Assembly (NCBI RefSeq): GCF_018977255.1
Contig: NW_024704742.1
Span: 4,218,001 to 4,282,000 of the forward strand
Direction: 5' to 3'
DNA length: 64,000 nucleotides
DNA from: Callorhinchus milii
Taxonomy: Eukaryota
Shown piece after piece: positions 1 through 14,276 of the stretch. A program made the position numbers and the translations under genes. The notes beneath the pieces were generated by a model. The model had not been told where the DNA came from. It searched no databases and saw only the letters and a list, made by a program, of their open reading frames with translations. Every line of letters starts with the position of its first letter. Within the stretch, counting starts at the first letter, position 1.

Positions 1-1099
1 TGACATGAAGTAAGTGTGGATGAACTAACATTAGTGCTGATTCAAATCTTGAATGAAAGAAAACAAAATGAGAAGGTATCCAGGAAGCACCCCTAACCGG
101 AGATTGAGAGAGCAATCACTTGCCTTGTAGTAAAATCCTCAGTGTTCTCTTGTTCTATAAGACTGCCAAAAGATCTGTTTGTAGGTAACAGCCAGAATTG
201 ATGTGAACGGCTCTGGCTGAATTTCATTTGTGTCGCTGGACCTACTCAAAGTATCCGCGATGACATTCTGTACCAGTGAAAAGTATTGAATAATACCGGA
301 ATAATATAATACGATACAAAATTATATTTGTATAGCACCTTTCACGTCGGGAGGGTGTCCCAACATGCTGGGATGTCCTCCCGACTAAACTGATATCAAA
401 TGCTTTAAAAATGACATTTTTGGAAAGCCATCCAAGATTGTCAAAAAAACGCTCCAAGCAGACACACTACCCATATCTTTTGTTTTGTCATCTTTTAAGC
501 AACAATGTGCTAAGTTGAACCAGGTGAAAGATCAAACCGTTAAAATTGTTTCATACAATTTGTACCTTTCTCTTTGCAAGAGTGCTTCTTTTGAAATAAT
601 ACATTCATTTCCTGCTAATGTAACATCCCCTTGCAATAGATGTTTTGACAGAATTGTTATTCGTGTTCTATTTATAGTTCTCAAAAAAAACATATACCTG
701 TTGCATTCATACACAATTAACAGTTTTCCAACATGCAAATGAGGGTCTATTTATGAACACTCTTGTACTTCCTGGCAAAAACCCCTCAAAAGGAACAGCT
801 GTTATCAGAATGTTGCTATTGCTATGACTATCTTTAACACACACAACAGTCAACCATCTCCTTGATAACCATGGTCAAATATCTAATTTCACAATATATT
901 AATAGAATAATTTAACGCGTTCAGACATAATCTATAAAACTGAATAATTGTGGGCAATTTTAAAATCCATCAGTTAATGGTTCAAACGGATTTGAGAAGC
1001 GGAAATTCCACCCAAATCTGATCATTTTTTCTCTTTTAAGAAAGTGACTCCACTCATGCATCACACAATCCCATTCACAACATAGCAAACATCTGTCTT

Positions 1100-1570
1100 G
1101 TGGGTTTGTAGCATCGGCGCTCCAGGACGCTACCCCGTGCGAAGGGCGCTATATAAATGCAAGTTGTTGTGGTTATTGGCGGCCAAACAGGAGAAAACTC
1201 AGGTATGCAGTTTTCTCTTTCTGTTTTGTCTTGATGCCCTTCTAATTCACCCGATTCCACTTCTATGCCATCCTCCAATCTCACCATCCAGGCCACCTCC
1301 TTTGCTCGGTAAACACTGGTCTACTTCACCTCCCCTGCCCTGTCCACCCCACCATCGGCAAGTAGGCTCTCAGTCATTCTGCCCCGCTTTCAAGACGGAT
1401 CTCTCAAAACGTGCCTCTTTGACTACGCTTTTCGTAATTTTCCCCCGTCTCCCCCCCACAAACACACACACCCTTGGCTCCCAGCTCGGGTGCCCATTTA
1501 ACACTGTGAAGCGCTTTGTGGGACGTTCTCCCAATGTGAGAATCATTGTATAAAACTAAATTATACTCTT
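1100..1570 (+). mobile_element. L2-clade LINE 3' end fragments (two tails)
   Basis: GGGCGCTATATAAATGCAAGTTGTTG tail at ~1145-1170. A second tail follows: CCCAGCTCGGGTG...TGTGAAGCGCTTTGTGGGACGTT. Confidence 0.65.
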
Positions 1571-4004
1571 AATTCAGGTGGTGCCCCTCCCCTCAGATTA
1601 ACACTGTTAATTCAGATGGCGTCCCCCTTTGATTTATACGCTAAATTCGGATGATGCAAATCCAAATGCTCATCGTTTGGGATTTTAGGTTCTTACTCCT
1701 GTTTTTCTCGTCCAGATTTATTGGAAGAAAATAAATATTCATAAACGATGCACCCTTAATTATTTCTGTGGGAAGACTTATCTTCGGAGGCTAACTGGAA
1801 AGTGACAATACAAGTCTCCGAAACAGTAACTTTTTTCAAGACACGCACCAAACAAAAAAAAAAGCACACACCTACTCTAACTGGAAGCAGCACATTCATT
1901 GCCTGGTCAATGTTTTTGCTGTAAGTAATCACGTCCTTCTCATCTACCACCTACACAGTTGATAAATTCATCTGCTATGGTTTTCTCCTCTAATCCCACA
2001 GGGACCCTTTTGTTAGTCAACTGGATGGCAGCTGAAAGATACAAACCGGCACCTCAGAGGGACAGCAAACAGCCTCAAGGGCCCAAGAATAGCATTAATT
2101 TTAGACTCTAATTAAAATATGGATGACAAGATTTTTTTCTCCCTTTTCCTGTGATGTGCCCTTTTTAACGCTGCCTAAATGACCTCTTACTATGAATTTG
2201 CTGACATGGATTTTATATTATATATAAAATATGCCACGGAAGTGGCTTTATGATACAAAATCTAAGGACGTTTTGAACTCACAATAAGATGTTCAAGTGC
2301 ATATTTAATGAAACCCTTTTTTAAAAAAAAACAGGGAGTATTACTTTTTTTTAAAAAAAGAAGCACAATGGTTGGAAGATGATTGGAAGCTGGTAAATAC
2401 AAAGCATCACCTGCAATAAATAGACCTGTTCACACATGTACTCTTGAACTACCAATCATTATGCTTTATACAAAGTATTTTTGTATACTAATAGTAAATA
2501 CTATTTACGAATCAGCAATCTCATTGTTTTTACTTTTAAATAAAGAACTACAGAAAAGAAAAAACTGGAAAAGCACATTTAATACACGAGTGGGTTCTTC
2601 CTCAAGAACAAAATTAATATTCAAAAATTGGGCAATTGGAGGTTAATAGTCAACTATGATAGAAATCTGTTTCAAATTAATTTTATTTGTTTTTAGTGGG
2701 CACTGTTAAAAGTATGGGAAGCGCTATTTCTCTCACCCCAACCATCATTGAGGCAGCTTTCACATCACTTCTGTGGTGTTTTCTACAATATCCCAAATCC
2801 CGTTAAACAGAAGATCACGTTTTTAAAAATAATAGGACTTTATAGCATCAAACAAACCCTATTTAAGTCGTCTGTGAAGCTAATGCGATTGAAAAATGTC
2901 GTCTCCGGTGTTTCAAGTTGTAAGTACTGCTATGCTTTTCAAAAGCTTTATTGAGAAATAGTACAGTATGTTCATCCATCGAGCTCATTACAATTAGTTC
3001 AGATCCAGATTCAAACCCATATTTTTACACTGAGCAACGGCTATGAAGTTATCTCCCCAATGAGGAGAGCAAACCTAAAGGCAGACCAACAGATAACGCT
3101 CTTGAGCTTCTGAGCAGCCAATAACACTGTCATTTATAGAAGCCTGATGGTAGCTCACATGTCCAGAGGATTTAAACAGTGGGAACGGGTGAATTATTGC
3201 AAAATGAGGAGAGAAAACAACAACAAATTACAATTGTATAGCGCCTTTCACATCAGGACGATGTCCCTGGTATCTCTCTGGAGAGGGGTTATAATCAATA
3301 AATGGCAAACATTGCAATGATATCGGAAATTAAAATTATAACCTAAAAATATTATTTTGGTCCAAATAAGTTCCAAACTTTTGCAGGAATTTTGCAATTT
3401 GTTTTGTAAAAAGATTGTGGGTATTGCTTTCAAATCGGAAATTGAAGGAACTCTGAAGAATATAGCTATAAAATGTGATCTTTCTGCATTTGTCGGAGAA
3501 CGATGAATATAATAATAATCCATGCATTTGATATAGCGCCTTACCACGTCTTTAAGACGTCTCAAAGCGCTTCACAGAATATAATCAAATTAATCAATAT
3601 CTATGGGTATAATTTTTTTTAAATTCTAACTTTCCTAGCTTTCAATAAAAAAGTTTGAAATGTTACCATCCCAACAGTAATTACAGCTTGAACTGTTTAA
3701 ATGGCCTCCTAAGGACTTATGTGCTGTTTGAGGTTGAGCACTGAAACATGACGTTTCTTCACTCAGCCAAACAACAACACCGATGCTCCAGTGAAGCATA
3801 CAAGAGCGATGGGGTGAGGGTATGCTTTGAGAGCCAATCTGAAGGCAGAAACTATCTCCTACTTTTATGAATGGTTCTAAGATGGCAGCTCCAATTAGAA
3901 GGTGATACACTAATCGGAAAGGTCTGATTTTTTTGGAAAAAAACCTTAAAATAACAGAGGAGGCAGATAAAAGAAAGTGTTCTGAGGTTTTAATAGAGGC
4001 AAAT

Positions 4005-4404
4005 TGGAGCAGAGAAGGTTAAGAGGAGACTTCATAGAAATTTTCAAAATTATGAGGGGATTCGATAGGGTGAACAAGGAGAGACTATTTCCACTGGCGG
4101 GTGGGTCGGTGACCCGAGGACACTGATTTAAAATAGTTGATGAAACAGAAGGGAGGTGAGGAGAAATTTTTTCACACTGCGAGTTTGGATCTGGAATGCA
4201 TGGCCTGAAAGGGCGGTGGAAGCCGATTCGATAACAACTTTCAAGAGAGAAGTCGATAATTATTTGGGGAGGATAAATCTGCAGGGCTATGGGGAGAGAA
4301 CGAGGGAAGGGGATTGATTTGGGTAGCTCTTTTCAAAGAGCTGGCACAGACACGATGGGCCGAATGGCCTCCTTCTGTGCTGTACGATTCTATGATGCTA
4401 TGAA
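4005..4404 (+). mobile_element. CR1 LINE 3' fragment
   Basis: Encodes EQRRLRGDFIEIFKIMRGFDRV (CR1 ORF2 C-terminus). Ends in GGCCGAATGGCCTCCTTCTG...ATTCTATG tail repeat. Confidence 0.9.
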
Positions 4405-6016
4405 ATTAAGTTGCAAGTCATTAGGTTTCTTCAGTTTGATCTGCTCATTAGACACGTGTAAACAATATGCATAATATCAGAAGGAAACAGACCCCATGAT
4501 TGTTACAGTCCATGAGATCTAGCCAAATGTGTCAATGTTTTATAACTGAAAGATCTATTGACATACACTACATATTTCCTTGGGCGTTTCTTTTGTGATT
4601 GCTTCAGTGGGTTTTAAGAGTCCTGGCAAGCCTTTCCCTTCTCCTGTTTTGCTGGTCCCAGCATGGTCCTGAATGCCCTCACAACCCGCTTTATGTCCCT
4701 GAAGCCGGCCTCAAAGTGCACAGTTACGAGTTTTTCCTGCTCCATTATTCCGTCCACTGGAATCATGGTTTAAGTGAGCAAGACAACCATCATTGACTGC
4801 AGCAGGAGAGGGAAACCTGACCACACAGAATAAACTGGAAGAGACATTCACTGACAGCTACAGAATATTAGATTAGATATCCACATTGGTTAAGTTTGGA
4901 GTTGGAGAGATTCTTCAATTATATCACAACTAGGGATGTTTGGGGGTTATCAGGAACATCTACAATTCTACCATGCGAGAGTCCTTGAACATAACTGGAG
5001 TTCTCAACTATTACACTCTCTCAATCACTCTTTCTCTCCCGCCCCCTCTCTCAACCTTGGGTTCCTGCCGCTGCCATGGGAAGACGTTCACCAGGGAGGA
5101 AGGGAGGGAAGGAGGGAGGGAGGAAGGGAGTGGGAGGAAGGGAAATTGGAATGTTGAAATTGGTCTCGGGCTGGATAAACATCACCCACCTAAGGTGGCC
5201 TAAGGTGCACATCTTGCAACAGCGATACTGTACTTCTCACGTTGCCACTGCTGATTCGATCTATGGTTGACAAGTATTCCTGGCAAATCTTAAAGTTTAA
5301 AGAGAATATTTTCGTAGGGCGTGTGCTCTCTCTCGAAGTAATACGTTCGCACTCTTGACTGTAACTATACGGTCCCCCATTGACTCTTTAACCAGTTTCT
5401 GGATGTGAAGGATATTCTTGTACTGAACAGCTGCTCCATAGTTACCAGTAGATCTACATTTATCGAGAGGATATGCTCTGCTGACTTCACCACTATCCTC
5501 CTTGGGGAGTGCGTCCGCGGGGAACAATGGAATTCAGCGCAGTGTTCTGTTCTATACATACGTTTGTGGGAAATACAATTCATTTCTTAGAGCAGTACTG
5601 AACAGGCTTTACTTTGTTTCAGAATAACCTATTACCTGCTGAGTTTTTGCTCTTACATCGAAAAGTGAAGTGAAACTCGGAAACGAACGTAAATCAAAAC
5701 TACGTAGAAATTAATTTCATTGTTCTCGTCAAATAAACTCCACTTCAGGTCTTGGGAGCTCACAATAGCACAACGCCCACTCGAATGCGGAGCAGCCATT
5801 AAAGGAAAGGTTATTCTTTACAGACGGGAATGAAAAATATTAGTCTTATGAAGAGATTAGGGAGGTAAGAAGTTTACACTGAACCACGTAGTCTTAAAGC
5901 AATATTCTCCTTCAAAGATCTGAAAAATATCTCTCCCAACCCCTAGAAAACATGCAGTATAAAAACATCCAAATACTGTAAAAATCTACAATTATTAAAA
6001 TGATCTATATTTGATG

Positions 6017-6452
6017 GTCAGCCTGGTGCTGTGGTAGCACTGTTGCCTCTGAGTCAGAAGTTGTGGATTTGGAATTACATAGTTTAAGCTCACGCTCCAA
6101 TGCAGTGTTAGGGGTGTGCTGCATTGTCAGAGGTGCCGTTCTCTGGATGAGAATTCAAACCGAGATCCTGTCTGCCTGCTCAGGTAGACGTTAAAGATCC
6201 CATGGCACTATTCAATAAGAGAAGGGTGTTTCTCCTGGTGTTCTGGCCAACAATCCCCCCAAGTAAAATTGGTCACTCACTCTATGGTTGTTTGTGGAAC
6301 ACTGATGTGCGCAATTGGCTGCTACGTTTTGCTCACAAAATATAGAGTAAATCCGCTTTACACTATATCCTGTGAAGTGCTTTGAAACATCTCAAAAATG
6401 CACAAGGCACCATACCAAATGCAAGGAGCATTAATGTTATTATTATTATTAT
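6017..6452 (+). mobile_element. Old tRNA-derived Deu-domain SINE (SacSINE1/AmnSINE-like)
   Basis: Head GTGGTAGCACTGTTGCCTCTGAGTCAGAAG, Deu core GACGTTAAAGATCCCATGGCACTATT, L2-type tail and (ATT)n. Confidence 0.8.
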
Positions 6453-7464
6453 AAGCTACAGTTCACTCACATGAATTTCACACAGTAAAATATGTTGCAA
6501 ACAGTCAGCGCAATCATACATTTTTTTTCTCATCAAGTCTTTTTTTAAGCAAACAATTCATTCCATATGCCAAAATTCAAATCAAAACCGAATCAAAACT
6601 TTAACTCATGTCACTTAAATAAATTCATAAAACAGCTGGTGAATGTGGTTTGGTAGCCGAAAAATCATGGGACTAAATTGTCACGTTGATTGACAGGCCT
6701 CTTTTAGCATGGTTTTAGTTTTCAGTGCAGACTCAAAATGAACAATTTTTTTTCAAGCCACATCTTACAAGGAATACCCGTTAAGAGAGGGAAAGAGAAA
6801 ACTATTCAAGAGTCTGGCACAACAAACTATACAGCAAGTGTATAAAGGTTTCTGTAATGTACAGCAGTCTTTACATTGCAGCGTTTAGATGTGGAGAAGT
6901 TAGAGGCTAAATGGTGAAATCTGATATTTGGTTCCAGAAAAAAATACATTGTATGGTATTGTACTGTATAAAATACAATTCGGAGAGGCAATTACGATTT
7001 TGTAATCCAACTGAAGGATTCTGCGGGCATGCTTAACAACGATAGTAAAGTTCAAAGTCAAAGAATGGATTAGAGCCTGTGACTGTCAAACCCTGTTATT
7101 TTACAGGTGATCAGGATCACTTACACACATCTATGTGAAAGTAGGACTTGGAGCAGTGTACTTACTACTTGTAAGCAGTAAAGCCAAAAGTATTTAAAAG
7201 ATTTAAAAACCTTGTCATAGATCAATAATTCATCCTGGGGCTATTCTAAGATATATCTGAGAGATATCTAACTTCCCTTCTCCATTCTTGCCATGAAGGT
7301 GAGATGATTGAGGAGTAATGTTGGAAGCCAACAATAGTGGACATCACAGGGACTAAATTACAGCAACATAATTTACTTATTCAGTTTACATTCAGAAATT
7401 CTAGGATACTAAAATACTTAGTACCATATACTGTGAATTTTTTTTAATTGAATAGTCAATTTGA

Positions 7465-7923
7465 CAGTGAAAATTATTCAATAAACCAAACTATTCATAT
7501 AATCAGACTAAATATAGGAGACAGACTCATCTCCCAGAGCTTGAGCCACTCGGCCTCCAATCACACCATACCCCGAAATGCTCTCCTCACCAATTAGACA
7601 TGTCCTCACTCACACATGGCCAACCAACTCTTCGCCAGCAAATAGGGAGCAAGGCGAGGGGACGGGGAAGGAGAGGGGGAAGGAGGAAAGGGGGAAGGAG
7701 CATGCTGTACTGCAGAAGATAGCGATTTGGGTCTATGAGTTTATTCAGACTCAAATTAATTGTTTTTTATATGAATGGACACAAGGAAAATTATTTAATA
7801 AATAGTATTCAATTTATCAATCTATATTCTTAGATCAGGCATCCAATGGTTTGGGATTTCTAAATGCTAATCAATAAACCAAACTATTCAATTATCCGAT
7901 ATTCAATAACTTGAATTTCACTG
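7465..7923. mobile_element. Possible degraded Tc1/pogo-type MITE
   Basis: Ends CAGTGAAA...TTTCACTG. AATAAACCAAACTATTCA is repeated near both ends. The TA target site is not intact. Confidence 0.35.
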
Positions 7924-9216
7924 CATTAATGACATTACCTCATCTCCTGGAATGCGATTTCTGCTGTTGTAATTCGAAAGCATCGCTGAATGATAAATAA
8001 GAAATATTACAGTCTTTTTGTAAATGTGATAAAAACAATACATAAATTGTATCCGCAGTTGTGGAACACCAGTTTCCTGGGCACAGAATGACAAGGTGTG
8101 GCTTTGCGCTGCTCCAAGTGCTAAGATTGCATCTCAAACTGTGTATACCGACCGGGGAGCGCAGACCAGCATCTCTCCACAAGGTGGTAGAGAATATCAA
8201 TCAACCTCACTCCCTGCAGCTCTCATGCTGGTGGCTGGTGAACAGCTACAGAAACAGTACTGGCAGAACCCTGGAAACAAGTCTCCAGCCTGACTTTTCA
8301 AATAGCACCAATGCTCTCTCTATTAGAGACGGTACGGCAAATCATTTTTTTTGGGGGGGCTTTGGATTATTTGTACTTTGTTTAATTTTTTTTACCAAAA
8401 TCAACTTTAAATAAATAACGTATTTTGCAAAGAAACAAACTCGCTGCTTATAAACTACTCATAATCCTTACATTTTAAATCCTTTCACGCCAGAAGGAGC
8501 GCCTCACAACACTTAGTGTAGTGACTGTATTTTGTAAGGATAAACAAGAATCATTTGTCAGTTTTTCATCAGTTATAGTTTAGTAGGAAATATAATGAAA
8601 GATGCGCTGGCTAAGTTTGTATTTTATTATGCTTTATTTATGACCACAAAATATTGGTTTGAATGCTATTTCTACTATCGGTCTGAGCATTTAGTGTCGG
8701 TTTCACCAATATTCAATTGCAAATTTGGCCAAAAGTGATTTGTCTGGGTTAAACTGGTACATAAATTAAACCGTCCCGAGTGTTTTACACAATAAAAATG
8801 TTCTGCCAAACTCGGCTCGGTCAGAATGCTTTTATCCAATCCTGCCAAGGGAAAAGGTCCACTTGAACCTGGCAATCCTACTCAATCGGAAGACAAAAAA
8901 GAAATAAAAACTCAAGTCTGTGCTCATTCTGTTCAACCAGACTCCAAGTATCAAAAACAGCGTCAACAATTTCACAGTGAGCCTAGTACATGGTGCACCT
9001 GCACTAGCTAGACATCAATAGCTCGATCACTTTGTTTTTGCCTACAAGCTTCCATTTTCAATATGCCTAATGTTTTATTGGTAATGAGGGAAGAACACTA
9101 AAAGTGTTTTCAAGTAATCTGGTTATTCACGATTAGGCAATGATCTGAGCACTCTATCAGTGATGTAACACGCTGAAAAAAAATTGAAGAGCACATTCAG
9201 AAAAATCTGACCTAAA

Positions 9217-9445
9217 ATAATAATCATACTTGCATTTGATACAGCGCCTTATCATGACTTCGAGAATACCCTGTAAAGTGAATTGACTGTATATTTTGTG
9301 GGCGAAACGCGGCAGCCAATTACACACAGCAGTGTCCCACAAACAGTCGTGGATTGAGTGACCACATTATTATTGTTATTTTGGAGGGATTATTACCTGT
9401 GGAAATCGATCCACTAACAACCACGTTCCTACTTACTGCTAAGTA
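9217..9445 (-). mobile_element. SINE, 5'-truncated
   Basis: Reverse complement of the family body (GTGGGACACTGCTGTG...AATTGGCTGCCGCG) and tail. Confidence 0.85.
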
Positions 9446-11084
9446 AAATGCACTTATATCCAATTTTATTTAATAAAAACATTCAATGGTTTGATCAATA
9501 AATATAACTATTGTAACATTGAGGAACAGCATTTTACACCAATTCCTCAAATATGTTACATTAGCTAATGGATCAACAATTGGTCAATATTTGGCTTCTG
9601 TGGAATCCCACACCTTTGAACATCCCATTAATAAGCAATTGTAACAAACACAAATTGCTGAACATTTTCTTTTGCCAATGAATCACCAAAATAATCACCA
9701 AAATAAAAAATCCAAACTAAATAATCAACTCACAAATGCACTACTTCTTGAATTTATAACATCTATTGATCTTCTCTCTATATATATACACACACACATA
9801 TAATCCTTAATAATAATCCTTGCATTTGATATAGAATAGTCCTCCCACAGGAGTTTAGATAAAGATGAAATATCTGTCGGTGTGTCAATCTACGTTCTAT
9901 ATTGGATCCTGTGGTTGCAAGCATAGCTACAACAGGTTATATATAACTGTAACACACTGTAAGAGGAGATATTTGTCTATCTAATATACTAACATCCAAC
10001 TTTCCAAAAGACCACTTCAATATATCTTATCTATTAACCTTGAATCATTTTAATTTCCTCGAACCTGTCTCATTCCTTCTTGAAATTATTCAGAATTCCT
10101 GTTTTTCACCACCAGTGCTCTGAGTTTGTTACATGTTTCTAGAGTCCTATTAGCAGAAAATATTCTACACTTCATATCCTCTCATTATTGTAAACCTAAA
10201 TGAGATACCTTGTCAATGACTTACATTTGAAAATATTTACTGACGCAGAGAACAAGAAAAATCCACGAATTTTGTCTCAATTTTACAAGTGCATAAAACT
10301 ACTGTGTATTCTCACCCATTACAGTACTAACAAGAAAACATAAACCCTTGAATGAGTTTCTGCCGCATCCCTTCATCAATATTTCAAAGCAAAAAATCAT
10401 TTTGTGAATCGTAGTGTAAATTTCAAAACTAACTCTACTATTCTTATGGATTCTACTCATGTGGACAAACTACAGAATGACCCAATTATTAAGCACCTCA
10501 CCAGAGCACAACTTCACTTTTAATACAGGTCTCCCATGGACCAACGGTTACAGGCTGGAAGCTGAAAGTGACACCAACAGGTATTTTTAGCTTATAGCCT
10601 GTAATCATAGATCATAGGAGCCCTGCATTAAGAGTCAACGTTAAAAGTAGCACGGCTCGCGGCAATTTTTTTTGCGGACCCATAGCAACACAGGGTCCAG
10701 TTTTTCGATCAAAAAAAAAAACAGAATGGTGTCACTCTGCATTGGGCGGCCCAAGAAAATCATTAAGTATTACTATTATATTCTGTGAAGGGCTTTGAGG
10801 CATCTCCACCTTGTGATAAGGTCTTATATCAAATGCAAGGATTACGATCATTGTAATATTAGACCAACAGGTGGTGATATTGAATAAAGGTTCCAGTTAG
10901 AAAAGGAAGGAGAAAAGAAACCTGCGAGTTAAAATATCCTAAGGCAAAATATTTTGAACCCGATATAATTTCAAAACCAGAAAAAAATTGTCCTCTTTTT
11001 CAAATCGCCCTGTAGCTTAATGGTTTGAGCACCTGTCTTGCAAGCGAGAGGACCTGGGTTTGATAAATAAATAAATAAATAAAT

Positions 11085-11690
11085 TGCAGCTCTCGCACCA
11101 ATGCTCTGTGGCAGTGAGCAAAGCAAACCAGATGTTGGGATGTATCAAAAGATCGATGGCAAGCCGAAACAGTGGTGTCATCCTGCCACTGTATACATCA
11201 TTGGCGAGACCATACTTAGAGTAAGTACTGTGCATAGTTCTGGTCGCCGCAGTACAAAAAGGATATTGGAGAAATCGAGAAGATACAGAGGAGGGCAACC
11301 AGAATGATTGAGGGAATGGAAGGCCTGGACGATGAGAAGCAACTGAATAAATTGGGCACGTTCACACTCGAAAAGAGAAGATTGAGAGGCGATATGATTG
11401 CTGTCTTTAAGATTCTAAAGGGGCAAAACAATACAGATCACGACAGGCTGTTTCAACTAGTCCAGAAGAGTGAAACCAGAGGACACGGCCTGCGATTGAA
11501 GGGGAGTAAACTCAGAATGAATCTACGCAAACGCTATTTCAGTGAGCGAATAGTGAACCTGCAGAACAGGCTCCCTAGGGAGGCGGTTGAAGCAGGAAAG
11601 TGTTGATTCTTTCAAACACAGATTAGTTTTTTCTTTTAGGAAATAACATTGTGGGATATAGTACATAGGGAGTTTGGGACATATGTGCAT
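11085..11690 (+). mobile_element. CR1 LINE 3' fragment (second family), preceded by a SINE head at ~11008-11062
   Basis: Frameshifted ORF2: ...RPYL..VHSSGRR.. and LGTFTLEKRRLRGDMIAVFKILKG...TRGHGLRL...FSERIVN. Confidence 0.9.
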
Positions 11691-13185
11691 GCGACCAAAA
11701 TAATGAATGACGGGCTGTTACAAGTTAAGCGAAGAAATATTGTTTCAGAATCCTAAGCTTCAGACACGATACAAATATGATGTTCCTGTTGAAGACAGTC
11801 ATTGAAAGACATCAAAAAAACACTCAACTGCACACTTTTGGATAAATTAGAGTTGTTGAATTGAACACAAAAGAAAATTCTCCAAGCACGATTACAGCTA
11901 TTACGTTTATCACAGCTTCATATTCCTTTTAGAATCACATTTTTTAAAAAAATATTCTGCATTTTGTCTACTGTATGGCTTAACGAGGTTGGTTCATTTT
12001 CCCTGTCTAAGGTTCGAGTGTGGCACCTGATGAAATTCTGAAACCCACATCAGTTCCTGGGTTTATAATGCAGTGGTTCTGAGGGAGTGTTGCATTGTTG
12101 GAGGTGTTAGCGTTCGCATGAGACACTAAAGCAGAAGTCTGATCTGCCTGTCAGCTAAATCTTGGCTCTTTCTACACAGCTTTACTTCGATTAAATATCA
12201 CCTCAACAGTAAACCCTTCAAATAGATCAACAACTACCTCCTCCGTCCAAATCAAATATAATGCCACAACACAAGTACTGTATTCAATCAAGCTGTGCAC
12301 ACACATTAGATGCATCAGTTTTACTCTTAAACACCCAGTTTTTTCAAATTCTGACTGCTCTGAACATTTTCTCCTGAAAGGTCATTTTTAAAAATCCAAA
12401 AGGGAAACGACTTCCATCTGATGCAGTAGAGATCTGTAAATCTGCACCTGTCCTCAAGGTAACCAAAACCTAAACGCTGTGCCTGTACATCAGTTTTCCC
12501 GGGATCGTAACTTATTATCCATGGATTAGTTGGACAGAGAATTCCCAGTGTGCCTATTTTTTAAAATCTTACGTGGCCTCCCCCTCCCCCCAACTCCTCC
12601 GCGCGCAACCACTGCATTATTTACCAATCAAAGAGAGCGGAGATCCAAGATCACAGCCAACGTAGCTCTAAAGGAACCAGGAAGTGCACAAGAACAGAGC
12701 ATGTTGACTTGACTGCTGAAATATTTTCCCCTGTGGGGAAATCACACGTCGACTAGGCGTCTTGTCCAAAGACATTAACTCAATGCACCAAACAGCTCTC
12801 TTAACACCAACTGGGTATTATTATGGTCATTCATTTCATAGCTGTTTGTGGGACACTGCAGCGTGCAAATTAGCTGCAGTATTCGTCCACAAATAGTCGT
12901 TACACTTACAGTAAATCCTGTGAAGTGTTTTGAAATGTTTGGACGTTGTGGTAAGGTGCTGTACCAACTACAAGGACTATTATTTTTAATATTATTTAGC
13001 TCAGATCACTCAAGTTTGTTTCTGTTGGGAAGTGCAACATTAAGGAGCGTTACTGTTCTTCATACCCTCCTCACCATACACACAGCACGTGAGACAACTC
13101 TGTTGTATGAATCTTGCTCATCACAAATGCTGACCTACTTCAGATACTTTCCCAAACATGTATCACAAGTAGCTTTTACTAAGTA

Positions 13186-13595
13186 AACTGAGTAAATTGG
13201 GCATCTTCACGTTGGAAAAGAGACGATTGATTGCTGTCTTTAAGATTCTAAAGGGGCAAAACAATATAGATCACGACAGGCTGTTTCAACTAGTCCAGAA
13301 TAGTGAAACCAGAGCACACGGCCTGCGATTGAAGGGGAGTAAATTCAGAACGAATCTACGCAAACGCTATTTCAGTGAGAGAATAGTGAACCTGCGGAAC
13401 AGGCTCCCTCGGGAGGCGGTTGAAGCAGGAAGTGTTGATTCATTCAAACACAGATTGGATAGTTTTCTTTTAGGAAAAAAAACATATAGTACATAGGCAG
13501 TTCAGCACACGTGCATGCCATCACCAGGAAGGTGGAAGGTGAACTAGATGGACCTTGGTCATTTTTTCTTCCAGCATTTCTCAAGTGCTTATGCT
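13186..13595 (+). mobile_element. CR1 LINE 3' fragment, same family as 11085-11690
   Basis: GIFTLEKRRLIAVFKILKG...FSERIVNLRNRLP, nearly identical to the 11.3-11.6 kb copy. 3'UTR CTAGATGGACCTTGGTC. Confidence 0.9.
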
Positions 13596-13692
13596 TTTGA
13601 ATTGAATGTACTGTACCACACGGAAGTTCTGTGACAACTGTTACCTGCTTAACCAGTGCCTGGTCTTCCGGGCAAATCTATTCTTTTATATT

Positions 13693-14023
13693 GGAGTCCT
13701 GTAGCTCAGTGGTTAGAGCACTCGCTTTGCAAGCGAGAGACCTGAGTTCAATTCCAGGCAGAGGGCGAAACCTTGGGCAAGTTTCCTTACTCCACACAGA
13801 GCCTAATAATAATCCCTCCAAAACCAAAAACAATAATAAATTGGTAATTTTCAATCCACGACTGTTTGTGGGACATTGCTGTGCGCAATTGGCTGCCGCG
13901 TTCGCCCACAAATATACAGTCAATTCACTTTACAGTATATTCTGTGAAGCGCTTTGGGACGTCCTCCCGACGTGAAAAGCGCTATATCAAATGCAAGGAT
14001 TATTATTATTATTATTATTATTA
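13693..14023 (+). mobile_element. Full-length young tRNA(Ala)-derived SINE
   Basis: A box TAGCTCAGTGG, TGC anticodon arm CTCGC-TTTGCAA-GCGAG, B box GAGTTCAATTCC, L2-type tail, (ATT)n. Near-identical copies elsewhere in the window. Confidence 0.95.
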
Positions 14024-14276
14024 TATTTCCAATATATTCTATCCAGCAGCAAGTACAGGGCACCGCATTATAAAAGCAAAATGCTGCCTTAATTCAAATT
14101 TTTTTTAAATTACATATTGGATGGCATTTAAAAGGAAGGCAATATTTTGGGGTTACCCTTCCAGAAGCATAACATAACCTTTACGGGTTATGCAGGGTGC
14201 AGGTGGGCCAGATAAAATGGCGAGGCAGATAAAATCAGCCCGCCACCCTGGATATACTCCTCATTGATGCGCTAAA

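Noticed and set aside
4936..5157. ORF starting MFGGY, like human ZCCHC7
   Set aside because: Wrong strand and no similarity beyond five residues; coincidence.
5297..5590. Overlapping short ORFs in unique sequence (viral or transposase relic?)
   Set aside because: No recognisable motif. A tBLASTx search would be needed, and nothing visible supports a call.
13693..13765. tRNA-Ala(TGC)-like gene (also at 15327, 40438, 46123)
   Set aside because: It is the head of a SINE, continuous with body and tail, with no proper acceptor stem or poly-T terminator.
13631..14108. Recurrent ORFs such as ESCSSVVRALALQ and WDIAVRNWLPRSPTNIQ
   Set aside because: Translations of repeated SINE copies, not a gene family.
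14193..14250. 58-bp element with CAGGGTG...CACCCTG ends, hAT-MITE-like
   Set aside because: No target-site duplication and too short to support a call.
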